Source of the DNA: an uncultured Actinomycetes bacterium | GTDB lineage: Bacteria; Actinomycetota; Thermoleophilia; Gaiellales; JAICJC01 | DNA: 64,000 nucleotides | Reading direction: 5' to 3' | NCBI GenBank assembly: GCA_963727235.1 | Contig: CAVSFZ010000026.1 | Location: 65,286 to 129,285, forward strand | Shown here: piece by piece, positions 9,527 through 18,235 of the stretch | How positions within the stretch are numbered: position 1 is the stretch's first letter | Layout of the letters: each line of letters opens with the position of its first letter | Position numbers and translations under genes: made by a program | The notes under the pieces: generated by a model | Databases searched by the model: none | What the model was told of the DNA's origin: nothing | Seen by the model: the letters and a program-made list of their open reading frames with translations, nothing else

Positions 9527-10783
9527 TCAGCGGGGTTGCGTGTTGATCAACCCGCCGAGGTCGTTCTGAAGGCCGATCGCAAACGCCATCAGCATCAAAG
9601 CGATCCCGACCGCCGAGATCCGCCCGAAGGTGGCCTGTGAGACCGCGCGGCCTCGGATCTTCTCGAGCACGATCATGAGCACGTGCCCCCCGTCCAAAGG
9701 CAGGAACGGCAGCAGGTTGAAGATCGCCAGCGACAACGAGATGAACGCAAGGATGCTGAGGTAGCTCGAGATGCCGTAGTCGACCGCATCGGCCGAGTAG
9801 CGGGTGATCCCCACCACGCTGTGGAGCTGCGCCCGCCCCTGCGGGGTGACCACATTGCCCAGTGCCCCGATCGTCCCGGTGGTCAGCGCCCACATCTGCG
9901 AGCCCGCCATCTGCGGCGCCGACAGCACCGAGTGCGACACCGGCGCCACACCGAACGAGAACCCGAGCCGGTAGACGCCGTCGATCTTCTTGGTGTGGGT
10001 GGGCGGCAGCGCGATCACGCGGCCGTTGCGGTCGACCGTGATCCGCACCACCCCACCGTTGCTGGCGACGATCACGTTGTGGGCCTGGTCGGGCGTGAGG
10101 TGGCGGCCGTTGACCGTCACGATCTTGTCGCCCGGCTTCAGGCCGGCGGACGCCGCGGGGCTCGGTGAGACCACGGTCGCCACCGTCTTGGTGGCCTCGG
10201 GTACGCCGGTGATGAACAGGCCGACCAGGATCACGAAGCAGGCCAGCACGTTCATGGCCGGCCCTGCCAGGATCACGATCAGCCGGTTGGTACGGGTCGA
10301 CCGCCAGTAGGAGCGCGGATCGAGAGCCTCCTCCACCCGGGCGATGTTCTTCGTCACCCTGCGCCGGTCGGTCGCGGTCAGGGAGTGGTCGCAGACGGCC
10401 ACAGCGGCCCGCACACGTTCCAGCGCAACGGCTGCAGCATCGTGCTGATTTCGGTTGATGCACAGCCGGAACTCGTCGACGGCATTGGACAGCTCCAACC
10501 CCTCGGCCGGGTCGAGCTGGTCGGGCCGCTCCAGCAGGTCGTCGATCGCATACAGATCGTCGGCCTCCGGCCGCAGCATGCCCGGAATCTTGACGTACCC
10601 ACCCAGCGGGATCGCCCCGATCCGGTACTCGGTGTCTCCGTACTGCTTGCCGGCGATGATCGGCGGGAAACCGATGGTGAAGTTGAGCGCGCGCATGCCG
10701 ACCGCCTTGGCTGCGGCAAAGTGGCCCAGCTCGTGGATGAAGATCAGCACCAGCAGGCCGAGAATCGCGATCGCATAGCTCAT
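9527..10783 (-). CDS. rseP: M50 site-2 zinc metalloprotease (RseP/Rip1 type)
   Basis: HELGHF zinc motif in TM1, a central PDZ-like region, and the C-terminal NLLPFLPLDGGH motif. ATGA overlap with the dxr stop. Confidence 0.9.
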   Translation of the reverse strand: MSYAIAILGLLVLIFIHELGHFAAAKAVGMRALNFTIGFPPIIAGKQYGDTEYRIGAIPLGGYVKIPGMLRPEADDLYAIDDLLERPDQLDPAEGLELSNAVDEFRLCINRNQHDAAAVALERVRAAVAVCDHSLTATDRRRVTKNIARVEEALDPRSYWRSTRTNRLIVILAGPAMNVLACFVILVGLFITGVPEATKTVATVVSPSPAASAGLKPGDKIVTVNGRHLTPDQAHNVIVASNGGVVRITVDRNGRVIALPPTHTKKIDGVYRLGFSFGVAPVSHSVLSAPQMAGSQMWALTTGTIGALGNVVTPQGRAQLHSVVGITRYSADAVDYGISSYLSILAFISLSLAIFNLLPFLPLDGGHVLMIVLEKIRGRAVSQATFGRISAVGIALMLMAFAIGLQNDLGGLINTQPR

Positions 10784-11925
10784 GCGGCCACCGCCACCAG
10801 CTCACCCGCGATCACGCGGGCACGGGCGTCGGCCTCGAGCACCTGCTCGAGCGAAACCAGCGGCGCCACATCGATGCGCTCCAACGTCTGTTCCACCACA
10901 CCCGCTATATCGGCAAAGCCGACTCCGCCCGCGAGGAATGCCGCCACGGCCACCTCGTTGGCCGCGTTCAGGGCGCACGGCGCGGTGCCACCCGCCCGGC
11001 CGGCGTCACGTGCCAGCTGCAGGCACCGAAACACGTCCACCGCCGGCGGCTCGAACGCGAGCGTGAAGGCCGTCCCCAGGTCGAGCCTCGGGGCGGCAGT
11101 GGCGGCCCGCTGCGGGTAGGTGAGCGCCCAGGAGATGGGAACGCGCATGTCGGGCAGCCCCAGGTGGGCGATCAGCGCCCCGTCGCGAAAGCGAACCATC
11201 CCGTGCACGATCGATTGGGGATGTACCACCACTTCGATGGCGTCATAGTCGGTCCCGAACAGGTGGTGGGCCTCGATCAGCTCCAGCCCCTTGTTCATCA
11301 GGGTGGCCGAATCGACGGTGATCTTGGCACCCATCTTCCAGGTCGGATGGTTGAGCGCCTGCTCCCGGGTGACGCTCGCCAGCTGCTCCTGCGTGTAGCC
11401 GCGGAAGGGGCCGCCCGAAGCGGTGATCACCAGACCCGAGACCGAGCCGTCGGCTGCGCCCTCCAGACATTGGGCCAGAGCAGAATGCTCGCTGTCGACC
11501 GGCAGCAGGCGACGCTGAGCGCGGTCACGGGCTTCCAGCACCAGCGCTCCGCCGGCAACCAGACTCTCCTTGTTGGCCAAGGCGACGTCGGCGCCGCTCT
11601 CGAACGCCGCCAGCGTGGCCGCCAGGCCGGCCGACCCCACAACACCGTTCAGCACCACGTCGGCGCCGCATTCACGCACCAGCTGGGCGGCCGAATCGGG
11701 GCCCTCCAGGACGCTGCCTCCAAATCGCGCTTTGGCGGCCGCAGCGGCGGCCGGATCGGTCAGAGCGATGGTGGACGCCCCATGGGCCTCGGCGGCAGCG
11801 ACCAGCTGATCGGCACTGGTGGCAGCAGCCAGGCCGCAGACCGTCAGGTCGGGGTTTTCGGCGACGATCTCGAGCGCCTGTAGGCCGATCGATCCGGTTG
11901 CTCCGAGAATGGCGACAGATCTCAT
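10780..11925 (-). CDS. dxr: 1-deoxy-D-xylulose-5-phosphate reductoisomerase
   Basis: MRSVAILGATGSIGLQALEIV NADPH-binding N-terminus starts at the ATG at 11925. The 102-codon upstream extension in the ORF track is Arg/Ser/Thr-rich junk. Confidence 0.95.
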   Translation of the reverse strand: MRSVAILGATGSIGLQALEIVAENPDLTVCGLAAATSADQLVAAAEAHGASTIALTDPAAAAAAKARFGGSVLEGPDSAAQLVRECGADVVLNGVVGSAGLAATLAAFESGADVALANKESLVAGGALVLEARDRAQRRLLPVDSEHSALAQCLEGAADGSVSGLVITASGGPFRGYTQEQLASVTREQALNHPTWKMGAKITVDSATLMNKGLELIEAHHLFGTDYDAIEVVVHPQSIVHGMVRFRDGALIAHLGLPDMRVPISWALTYPQRAATAAPRLDLGTAFTLAFEPPAVDVFRCLQLARDAGRAGGTAPCALNAANEVAVAAFLAGGVGFADIAGVVEQTLERIDVAPLVSLEQVLEADARARVIAGELVAVAA

Positions 11926-11962
11926 CCTGCGATCAGTGTAACCAGCGCAGGTTGGGATCCGA

Positions 11963-12262
11963 TCAGCGGGCGATGGCTGCCAGCGACCGCGGCAGCTCGG
12001 CCTCACCGGCGATCTCGCTCGCCCACAGGATGTGCCCCGACACCGCGTCGACCACGAACCCGCGGTGATCGCAGCCGACCGCTGCGTATCGCGGCGGGTG
12101 GTGGTCGTCGAGCTCCCACCCGAACCATGCAGACCGCTCCGCCGCCGCCAGTTCGGGGTGTCGCTCGCACACCGCCGCCACCGCCCGGCCGAGCAGGTCG
12201 CGATCGGAGCTGAGCGCCTCCAGCCGGCCACGGAATCCGAGCTTGCTGCGCCGCCGGATCAC
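11963..12262 (-). CDS. hypothetical 99-aa protein
   Basis: The C-terminal part of track ORF 11963..13180 reads like real protein (VIRRRSKLGFRGRLEALSSDRDLLGRAVAAVCERHPELAAAERSAWFGWELDDHHPP...). A GTG at 12262 forms a GTGA overlap with the cdsA stop. Confidence 0.45.
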   Translation of the reverse strand: MIRRRSKLGFRGRLEALSSDRDLLGRAVAAVCERHPELAAAERSAWFGWELDDHHPPRYAAVGCDHRGFVVDAVSGHILWASEIAGEAELPRSLAAIAR

Positions 12263-13074
12263 GCCCGTCCAATCGCCAGCGCCACGAAATACGCAGCCGC
12301 CCCGGCAAACAGCAGCGCGTCGATGCGATCCAGCACGCCGCCGTGCCCGCCCAGGATGCGGCCGGTGTCCTTTACGCCCATGTCGCGCTTGAGGTAGGAC
12401 TCGAACAGGTCGCCGACCGGCCCTGCGATCGTGATCGCAAGCGCGAACTCGGTGGCGTGGATCGGCGACAACGGCTGTGAGGACGGCTGGTGGTACACCG
12501 TGAAGAAGACTGCCAGAAAACCGCAGACCAAGCCGGCGACCAGCCCCTCCACCGTCTTGTTGGGCGAGATCTGACCGGCCAGCCGGCGGTGTCCGAACAT
12601 GCGCCCGAAGAGGTACGCAGCGGTATCCGAGAGCCACACTCCCAGGAACACCGCCAGCAGCAGCACCCGCCCCCACTCGCCCGGTCCGGGGATGTCGCGA
12701 ATCGCGACCAGCAGGCCCAGGCCGAGACCCACCCACACCACGCCCAAGAGCGTCACGGCCAGCTGCACCACCGCATGCTGGCGAACGTCGCCCACGGCCG
12801 AGAGCCAGAACGCCAGGAGCAGCGCCCCGAACAGCGGTGCGGTCGCCCACGCCAGTCCGCCCTGGTGAATCGCGATCGGTATCAGGATCACGCCCAGCAT
12901 GCCGGCCGGAATCAGCGGCCGGAACTCGCGGGTCATCACATACAGCTCGTGCACCGCCACGACCGCGGTTACGACCGCCGCCGCGGTCATCACCCAGCCA
13001 CCGACGTACACCGCGTACACCGCGAAGATCAGCAGCGGAATCGCAATCACCACGCGCGAGATCAGTGCGTTCAC
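12259..13074 (-). CDS. cdsA: phosphatidate cytidylyltransferase
   Basis: Polytopic membrane protein with the C-terminal CdsA signature SYLKRDMGVKDTGRILGGHGGVLDRID. The GTG at 13074 overlaps the uppS stop (GTGA). Confidence 0.85.
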   Translation of the reverse strand: MNALISRVVIAIPLLIFAVYAVYVGGWVMTAAAVVTAVVAVHELYVMTREFRPLIPAGMLGVILIPIAIHQGGLAWATAPLFGALLLAFWLSAVGDVRQHAVVQLAVTLLGVVWVGLGLGLLVAIRDIPGPGEWGRVLLLAVFLGVWLSDTAAYLFGRMFGHRRLAGQISPNKTVEGLVAGLVCGFLAVFFTVYHQPSSQPLSPIHATEFALAITIAGPVGDLFESYLKRDMGVKDTGRILGGHGGVLDRIDALLFAGAAAYFVALAIGRA

Positions 13075-13841
13075 CGACGCCCGAATCTGCGCCTGCGCCC
13101 GGCGTAGGCCTCGAGCGCCTCGCGCAGATCCCCGCTGTCGAAATCCGGCCACAGGGTGGGCGTGAAATGAAACTCGGCATACGCGGCCTGCCACAGCAGG
13201 AAGTTCGACACGCGCAACTCGCCGGACGTACGGATCACGAGGTCGGGATCGGGCATATCGGGAGCGTACAGACGGGCCGCGACGGCCCGCTCGTCGATCG
13301 CGTCGGGTTGAAGTCCGTCGGAGACCAATTGTCGTGCCGCGGCCACGATCTCGTCGCGCGCGCCGTAGTCGAACGCCACCCACAGATCCAGGCGGGTGTT
13401 GTCGGCTGTACGCTGCTCCATATCCTGCATCAGCTCGCGCAGGCTGTCTGGGCAGCGGTCGCGGCGTCCGATGAAGTGGATGCGCACGCCCTGGCGGTGC
13501 AGATCGGGGAACTGCTCACGGATGGTCTCCTCGAACAGGACCATCAGATCCGCCACCTCGTCGTCCGGCCGGCCCCAGTTTTCGGTGGAGAATGCAAACA
13601 CCGCCAGGCTGCGGACACCCAGGTCGGGAGCCGCCTCAACCGTACGCCGCAGCGCCTTGGTGCCGGCTCGGTGCCCGGCCAAGAGCGGGAGGTTGCGTGA
13701 CTTCGCCCACCGTCCGTTGCCGTCCATGATCACCGCCACGTTCTCGGCGTGATCGGCGATCGGGCGCTCCGGCGTCTCTGAGCGCGCCAGTCTCAGCGCG
13801 CGCAGCAGCCGCCGCTGCTTCCGCAGAAGCGCCGCGGTCAC
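13071..13841 (-). CDS. uppS: isoprenyl transferase (undecaprenyl-diphosphate synthase family)
   Basis: IMDGNGRWA, the NWGRP region, and the RTSGELRVSNFLLWQAAYAEF motif. Confidence 0.95.
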   Translation of the reverse strand: MTAALLRKQRRLLRALRLARSETPERPIADHAENVAVIMDGNGRWAKSRNLPLLAGHRAGTKALRRTVEAAPDLGVRSLAVFAFSTENWGRPDDEVADLMVLFEETIREQFPDLHRQGVRIHFIGRRDRCPDSLRELMQDMEQRTADNTRLDLWVAFDYGARDEIVAAARQLVSDGLQPDAIDERAVAARLYAPDMPDPDLVIRTSGELRVSNFLLWQAAYAEFHFTPTLWPDFDSGDLREALEAYAGRRRRFGRR

Positions 13842-14395
13842 ACTTCCATGATCTCGGCCTCTTTGCCCTTGAGCGCCGAGTCGATGGCCGCCGTGTGAGC
13901 GTCCGTGAGCTTCTGCAACCGGTCCTCCGCGCGATGCACATCATCGGAGCCGACGTCGCCGCCCTTCTCGAGCTCCTTGAGGTGGTGAATGGCGTCGCGG
14001 CGGATGTTGCGGGCAGCCACCCGCCCCTCCTCGGCCATGTGCCGCACCTGCTTCACCAGCTCCTTGCGGCGCTCCTCGGTGAGCTGAGGGATCGGCAGCC
14101 GGATCAGCTGGCCGTCGTTGGCGGGCGTGAGACCAAGGTCGGACTCCAGGATCGCCCGCTCGATGTCCTTCATGGTGCCCTTGTCGAACGGCGTGATCGT
14201 GAGCATGCGGGGCTCCGGCACGCTGATCGTGGCGAGCTGATTGACGGGCATCTGGCTGCCGTAGGCGTTCACCTGGATGCGATCCAGCAGCGCCGCCGAG
14301 GCGCGTCCGGTGCGGATCGTGGTGAACTCGTGCTTGGCCGCTTCGACGCTCTTGTCCATCCGCCGTGACGCGTCGGACAGCACATCCTCGATCAT
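13838..14395 (-). CDS. frr: ribosome recycling factor
   Basis: 185 aa with the ...[25 protein letters not shown]... pattern. Sits in the canonical frr-pyrH-tsf-rpsB cluster. Confidence 0.97.
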   Translation of the reverse strand: MIEDVLSDASRRMDKSVEAAKHEFTTIRTGRASAALLDRIQVNAYGSQMPVNQLATISVPEPRMLTITPFDKGTMKDIERAILESDLGLTPANDGQLIRLPIPQLTEERRKELVKQVRHMAEEGRVAARNIRRDAIHHLKELEKGGDVGSDDVHRAEDRLQKLTDAHTAAIDSALKGKEAEIMEV

Positions 14396-15132
14396 GATGA
14401 AACCTCCACGGGAACCTTGTGAGCCGAGATCACGGTGCCGACCCGTTCGCCGGCAACCACCCTGCCGATGTTACGCTCGTCATCGAGGTTGAACACGTAC
14501 AGCGGCACACGATTGTCCATGCACAGCGACAGCGCCGTCGAGTCCATCACCTTGAGACCGCGCTCGATCGCCTCGATGTGCGTCAGGTCGCGCAGCAGCC
14601 GGGCATCGGGGTTGGTGCGGGGATCGTCGTCCATCACTCCCTCGACGCCGTTCTTGCCCATCAGGATCGCCTGCGCACCGATCTCCAGCGCGCGCAGCGC
14701 AGCGGCGGTGTCGGTGGTGAAGAACGGGTTGCCGGTACCGGCGGCGAAGATCACGATCCGGCCCTTCTCGAGGTGCCTGATCGCCCGCCGGCGGATGTAC
14801 GGCTCGGCCACCTCGGCCACGTCGATCGCCGACATCACCCGCGTGTGGGTGCCCAGCTGTTCCAGCGCATCCTGAACGGTCAGCGCATTCAGCACGGTGG
14901 CCAGCATGCCGGCGTAGTCCGCGGTGGCTCGATCCATCCCCTTGGCGGCCTCCTGCGTGCCTCGCAGGATGTTCCCGCCGCCGACCACGATCGCAAGCTC
15001 GACACCGCCGGCGGCGACCTCGTGAACGGCCCGGGCAATGGCGCTGATTCGATCTGGGTCCTGCCCGTAGTCGCGGTTTCCCATCAGCGCCTCACCCGAG
15101 AGCTTCAAAAGGATCCTGCGAAACTCGCTCAC
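14392..15132 (-). CDS. pyrH: UMP kinase
   Basis: [16 protein letters not shown]... begins at the GTG at 15132, which forms a GTGA overlap with the tsf stop. Carries the [10 protein letters not shown] motif. Confidence 0.95.
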   Translation of the reverse strand: MSEFRRILLKLSGEALMGNRDYGQDPDRISAIARAVHEVAAGGVELAIVVGGGNILRGTQEAAKGMDRATADYAGMLATVLNALTVQDALEQLGTHTRVMSAIDVAEVAEPYIRRRAIRHLEKGRIVIFAAGTGNPFFTTDTAAALRALEIGAQAILMGKNGVEGVMDDDPRTNPDARLLRDLTHIEAIERGLKVMDSTALSLCMDNRVPLYVFNLDDERNIGRVVAGERVGTVISAHKVPVEVSS

Positions 15133-15749
15133 CCGGCGCCCACCTCGAATCGCGCGAAGCGCTTGATCTCGATGTTCTCGCCGAGCGTCCCGGCCAGCTG
15201 TGCGCGCAGCGTCTCGATCGTCTTGCCGTCGTCCTCCGGCCGGATCGACGGCTGATTCGCCAGCACGTAGTCGGTCAGCGACTTCGTCCACATGCCGGCG
15301 GCGATCTTCTCCAGCATCGCCTCGGGCTTGCCCTCCGCTGCGGCCTTGGCCCGGAAGATCTCCAGCTCAGCCGCCTTGAAGTCCTCGGGAATGTCGCTCT
15401 CCGACACGAACCGCAGGTCTCGGGCAGCGGCGATCTGCAGCGCGACCTTGCGGCAGAACCCGCGGAAGTCGTCCGTGCGCGCGACAAAGTCGGTTTCGCA
15501 TCCGACTTCGACCATCGATCCGATCCGGCCGCCCGCATGCACGTAGGTCTCGATCAGGCCCTCGCCGGTGCCGCGCCCTGAGCGCTTGTTGGCCGAGGCG
15601 ATGCCCTTCTCGCGCAGCAGCTTGACCGCCGCGTCCATGTCGCCGCCGGCTTCGGCCAGCGCCCGCTTGCAGTCCATCATGCCGGCTTGAGTGGTGTCAC
15701 GCAGCGCCTTGACCTCGGCAGCCGACGGCGTATAGGTGGCGTCGCTCAC
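15129..15749 (-). CDS. tsf: elongation factor Ts (short form)
   Basis: N-terminal UBA-like domain [37 protein letters not shown]. 206 aa. Confidence 0.95.
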   Translation of the reverse strand: MSDATYTPSAAEVKALRDTTQAGMMDCKRALAEAGGDMDAAVKLLREKGIASANKRSGRGTGEGLIETYVHAGGRIGSMVEVGCETDFVARTDDFRGFCRKVALQIAAARDLRFVSESDIPEDFKAAELEIFRAKAAAEGKPEAMLEKIAAGMWTKSLTDYVLANQPSIRPEDDGKTIETLRAQLAGTLGENIEIKRFARFEVGAG

Positions 15750-16672
15750 TCGGCCTCCCCACTCTCGTTCGACGGTTCGGCGGGAGTCTCCGCAGCCGGC
15801 TCGGCCTCCGGCTCCGCAGCCGCAACGGCCTCAGGCTCAGCCTCCGGGGCAGCCGCGGCGTCTGCTTCCGCCGGGGCCTCCGCCCCGGCTTCAGGAACAG
15901 CCTCACCGGCTGCCTCGGCTTCGGCAGCGGCCTCGGCGGCAGCGGCTTCGGCAGCCGCCTGGGCTGCGGCGAAGTCGGCGGCCTTGATGCCGAGGTTGCG
16001 GCCGTCGGCGACCGCATCGGCGAGCACGCGCACAATCAGGTCGGACGAGCGGATGGCGTCGTCATTGCCGGGGATCACAAAGTCGGCGTCGTCGGGATCG
16101 CAGTTGGTGTCCACCAGACCGACCACCGGGATGTGGAGCCGGCGGGCCTCGCGCACGGCCAGCGCTTCCTTCTTCATGTCGATCACGACCACCGCATCGG
16201 GAAGCTTGCGCGTGTCGGCAACCCCACCGAGGTTGGTCTCGAGCTTCTCCAGATTGGACAGCGCGACCTGGCGCTCCTTGGCCGGCAGCAGCTCCAGCTG
16301 GCCGTCGCTCTTCTGGCGGCGGAGCTCGTGCAGAGCGGCGATCCGATCCTGGATCGTGCGGTAGTTCGTCAGCAGACCACCCAGCCAGCGGTGGTTGACG
16401 TAGGGCATGCCGACCCGGCCGGCGTGCGTCTCGACGGCGTCCTGGCACTGTTTCTTGGTGCCCACGAACAGCACGCTGCCGTTGCGCTCGCCAATGTTTC
16501 GCAGATACTGGGCGGCATCGTCGAGCAGATCGGAGGTCTGCTGCAGGTCGATGATGTAGATGCCGTTTCGCTCGCCGAAGATGAATCGGCGCATCTTGGG
16601 ATTCCATCGCCGCGTCTGATGGCCGAAATGCACTCCGGCCTCGAGCAGCTCACGCATGGTCGCTGAGGGCAA
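15746..16672 (-). CDS. rpsB: 30S ribosomal protein S2 with an Ala/Glu/Pro-rich C-terminal tail
   Basis: MRELLEAGVHFGHQTRRWNPKM signature. The TTG start at 16672 sits 7 nt after AGGAG. The C-terminal ~75 aa are low-complexity A/E/P. Confidence 0.97.
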   Translation of the reverse strand: MPSATMRELLEAGVHFGHQTRRWNPKMRRFIFGERNGIYIIDLQQTSDLLDDAAQYLRNIGERNGSVLFVGTKKQCQDAVETHAGRVGMPYVNHRWLGGLLTNYRTIQDRIAALHELRRQKSDGQLELLPAKERQVALSNLEKLETNLGGVADTRKLPDAVVVIDMKKEALAVREARRLHIPVVGLVDTNCDPDDADFVIPGNDDAIRSSDLIVRVLADAVADGRNLGIKAADFAAAQAAAEAAAAEAAAEAEAAGEAVPEAGAEAPAEADAAAAPEAEPEAVAAAEPEAEPAAETPAEPSNESGEAE

Positions 16673-16810
16673 GTCACTTCTCCTGATCGGTTGGATGAAC
16701 TCAGCCGGTGGCGACTGCCGGAATCCCGCCGCAGATACAGCGAGACACCGCCGGCGCCGTGTTCCACCGGGTCGGGGACGTACAGGTCGAGCGAAAGTTT
16801 AGACGACGTG

Positions 16811-16843
16811 GTGAATAAAAGGTGCCTGGCACCTTTTATTCAC
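16811..16843. repeat. palindromic element, copy 1 (33-nt perfect palindrome); probable bidirectional terminator
   Basis: GTGAATAAAAGGTGCC-T-GGCACCTTTTATTCAC. The rluD stop TGA (16840-16842) lies inside it. An A-tract and a T-tract flank the GC core. Confidence 0.85.
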
Positions 16844-17727
16844 GGCCTGGCTGCGTTGAGGGCGGTGGCCAGGTCGGGGGGCAGCGGGGAGTGGGCCAGC
16901 ACCGGCTCACCCGTCCACGGATGCTGAAACGAGAGCTCGGCGGCGTGCAGGAACTGGCGCTCCAGGCCCAGCTCGGGGCCGTGGCCGTAGACGGGATCGC
17001 CCACCACCGGATGGCCGATGGCCTGCAGGTGCACCCGGATCTGGTGGGTCCGCCCGGTCTCGAGTTCGACTCGGAGGAGTGACCGGTCGGGCAGCGCTTC
17101 GATCAGCTCAAACCGGGTCACGGCTTCCCGCGGCACGTCGGTGTCGGTCGAAACCCGTGCCGGCTGTCGCCGATCGCGGCCGATGGGCGCCTCGATCCGG
17201 CCTGTGCGCGACGGCGGGCGGCCACGCACCAGAGCCGTGTACACCCGGCTGATCTGGCGGCGGCGCAGCTGCGACTGGAGCTTTCCCAAGGTGATCTCGT
17301 CCCGGGCGACGACCAGCAGCCCCGAGGTGTCTCGATCGAGCCGGTGCACGATCCCCGCTCGATCCTCAGGGCCGCCTCCGCTGCGGCCCTGGAGCACCTC
17401 CACCAGGGTCGGCCCGGTCGCTCCCGGCGCAGCGTGCGTGAGCATCCCCGCCGGCTTGTCCACCACCATCAGTCGGTCATCCTCGAACACGACGGGGACA
17501 TCCGGCAGAGGCCCCGAGTCCAGTTCGGGCGCCGCCGTCTCGGTGATTCCGACCGACTCCCCAGCCGTGAGCCGGTAGGACTTCGACCTGACCCGGCCGT
17601 CGACCGTGACCGCCCCCGCCGCGACCAACCGCTCCGCCGCAGCGCGGGTACCGACTCCGGGCTGCGCCGCCACGAACCGATCCAGCCGGACACCCTCATG
17701 CTCGGCGGTGACCATGTGGTCGGTCAC
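16840..17727 (-). CDS. rluD: RluA-family 23S rRNA pseudouridine synthase (RluD-like)
   Basis: S4 domain followed by the HRLDRDTSGLLVVA catalytic motif. 295 aa. GTGA overlap with the lspA stop. Confidence 0.9.
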   Translation of the reverse strand: MTDHMVTAEHEGVRLDRFVAAQPGVGTRAAAERLVAAGAVTVDGRVRSKSYRLTAGESVGITETAAPELDSGPLPDVPVVFEDDRLMVVDKPAGMLTHAAPGATGPTLVEVLQGRSGGGPEDRAGIVHRLDRDTSGLLVVARDEITLGKLQSQLRRRQISRVYTALVRGRPPSRTGRIEAPIGRDRRQPARVSTDTDVPREAVTRFELIEALPDRSLLRVELETGRTHQIRVHLQAIGHPVVGDPVYGHGPELGLERQFLHAAELSFQHPWTGEPVLAHSPLPPDLATALNAARP

Positions 17728-18176
17728 ATGGTCTCGGGAGCGGCGGGAGCCTCACGATCCAGCCGCCAGAGGCCGAACACGAGCAGCGCCACGCCGATCA
17801 CGATGAAGGTATCGGCCAGGTTGAAGGTCGGCCAGTGACTCACGTCGATGAAGTCGGTCACGTGTCCGTGGGCGACCCGGTCGATCAGATTCGAGAGACT
17901 GCCGCCGACCAACAGTCCCAAAGCCACGGGAAACAGCACGTGGCGCGAGCCGCTGCGGGCAAAGTGCGCCAGCATCCAGCCCACCGCGATCACCGTCAGG
18001 ATCGACACGATCCCGATCCGGCCGGGCAGGATGCCGAAGGCGATGCCGTCGTTACGAACACGGGTGATGGCCAGTCCCGGAAACACCTGGTGCGATTGCT
18101 CGAGCGCCATCTGCTGCTCGATCGCGCGCTTGGTCACCTGGTCGGCCACGATCGCCACGACCGCAACCGCGAGCAT
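17724..18176 (-). CDS. lspA: lipoprotein signal peptidase II
   Basis: ADQVTKRAI... and the NDGIAFGI and VTDFIDV motifs. I chose the ATG at 18176; the longest ORF (to 18335) overlaps the dksA-like gene. Confidence 0.85.
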   Translation of the reverse strand: MLAVAVVAIVADQVTKRAIEQQMALEQSHQVFPGLAITRVRNDGIAFGILPGRIGIVSILTVIAVGWMLAHFARSGSRHVLFPVALGLLVGGSLSNLIDRVAHGHVTDFIDVSHWPTFNLADTFIVIGVALLVFGLWRLDREAPAAPETM

Positions 18177-18235
18177 CCCCGCCCACTGCAGCGAGCCCGC
18201 GCGAGGCGCGGGCTGCGGCGCTGCGTCTGCCCGGA

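Noticed and set aside
10780-12231. Long N-terminal extensions in the ORF track (dxr 483 aa, cdsA 374 aa, pyrH 299 aa, sepF 307 aa, yggS 342 aa, recO 320 aa, GNAT 399 aa, comB 286 aa, ppdK 868 aa)
   Set aside because: The conserved N-termini start at internal ATG or GTG codons, often at GTGA/ATGA junctions with the upstream gene. The extra residues are Arg/Ser/Pro-rich and overlap neighbouring genes.
15750-15990. Short-period GC-rich DNA repeats as a possible CRISPR array or tandem repeat
   Set aside because: They lie in frame inside rpsB and encode the Ala/Glu/Pro tail. There is no repeat-spacer organisation, and no cas genes are present anywhere in the window.
16821-16833. Sigma-54 promoter reading of TGGCAC in the core of the palindromic elements
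   Set aside because: The -24-like TGGCAC is followed at the -12 position by ATTC, TATT or similar rather than TTGC. The motif is fully explained by the GGTGCC/GGCACC palindrome. No enhancer-binding-protein gene is adjacent.
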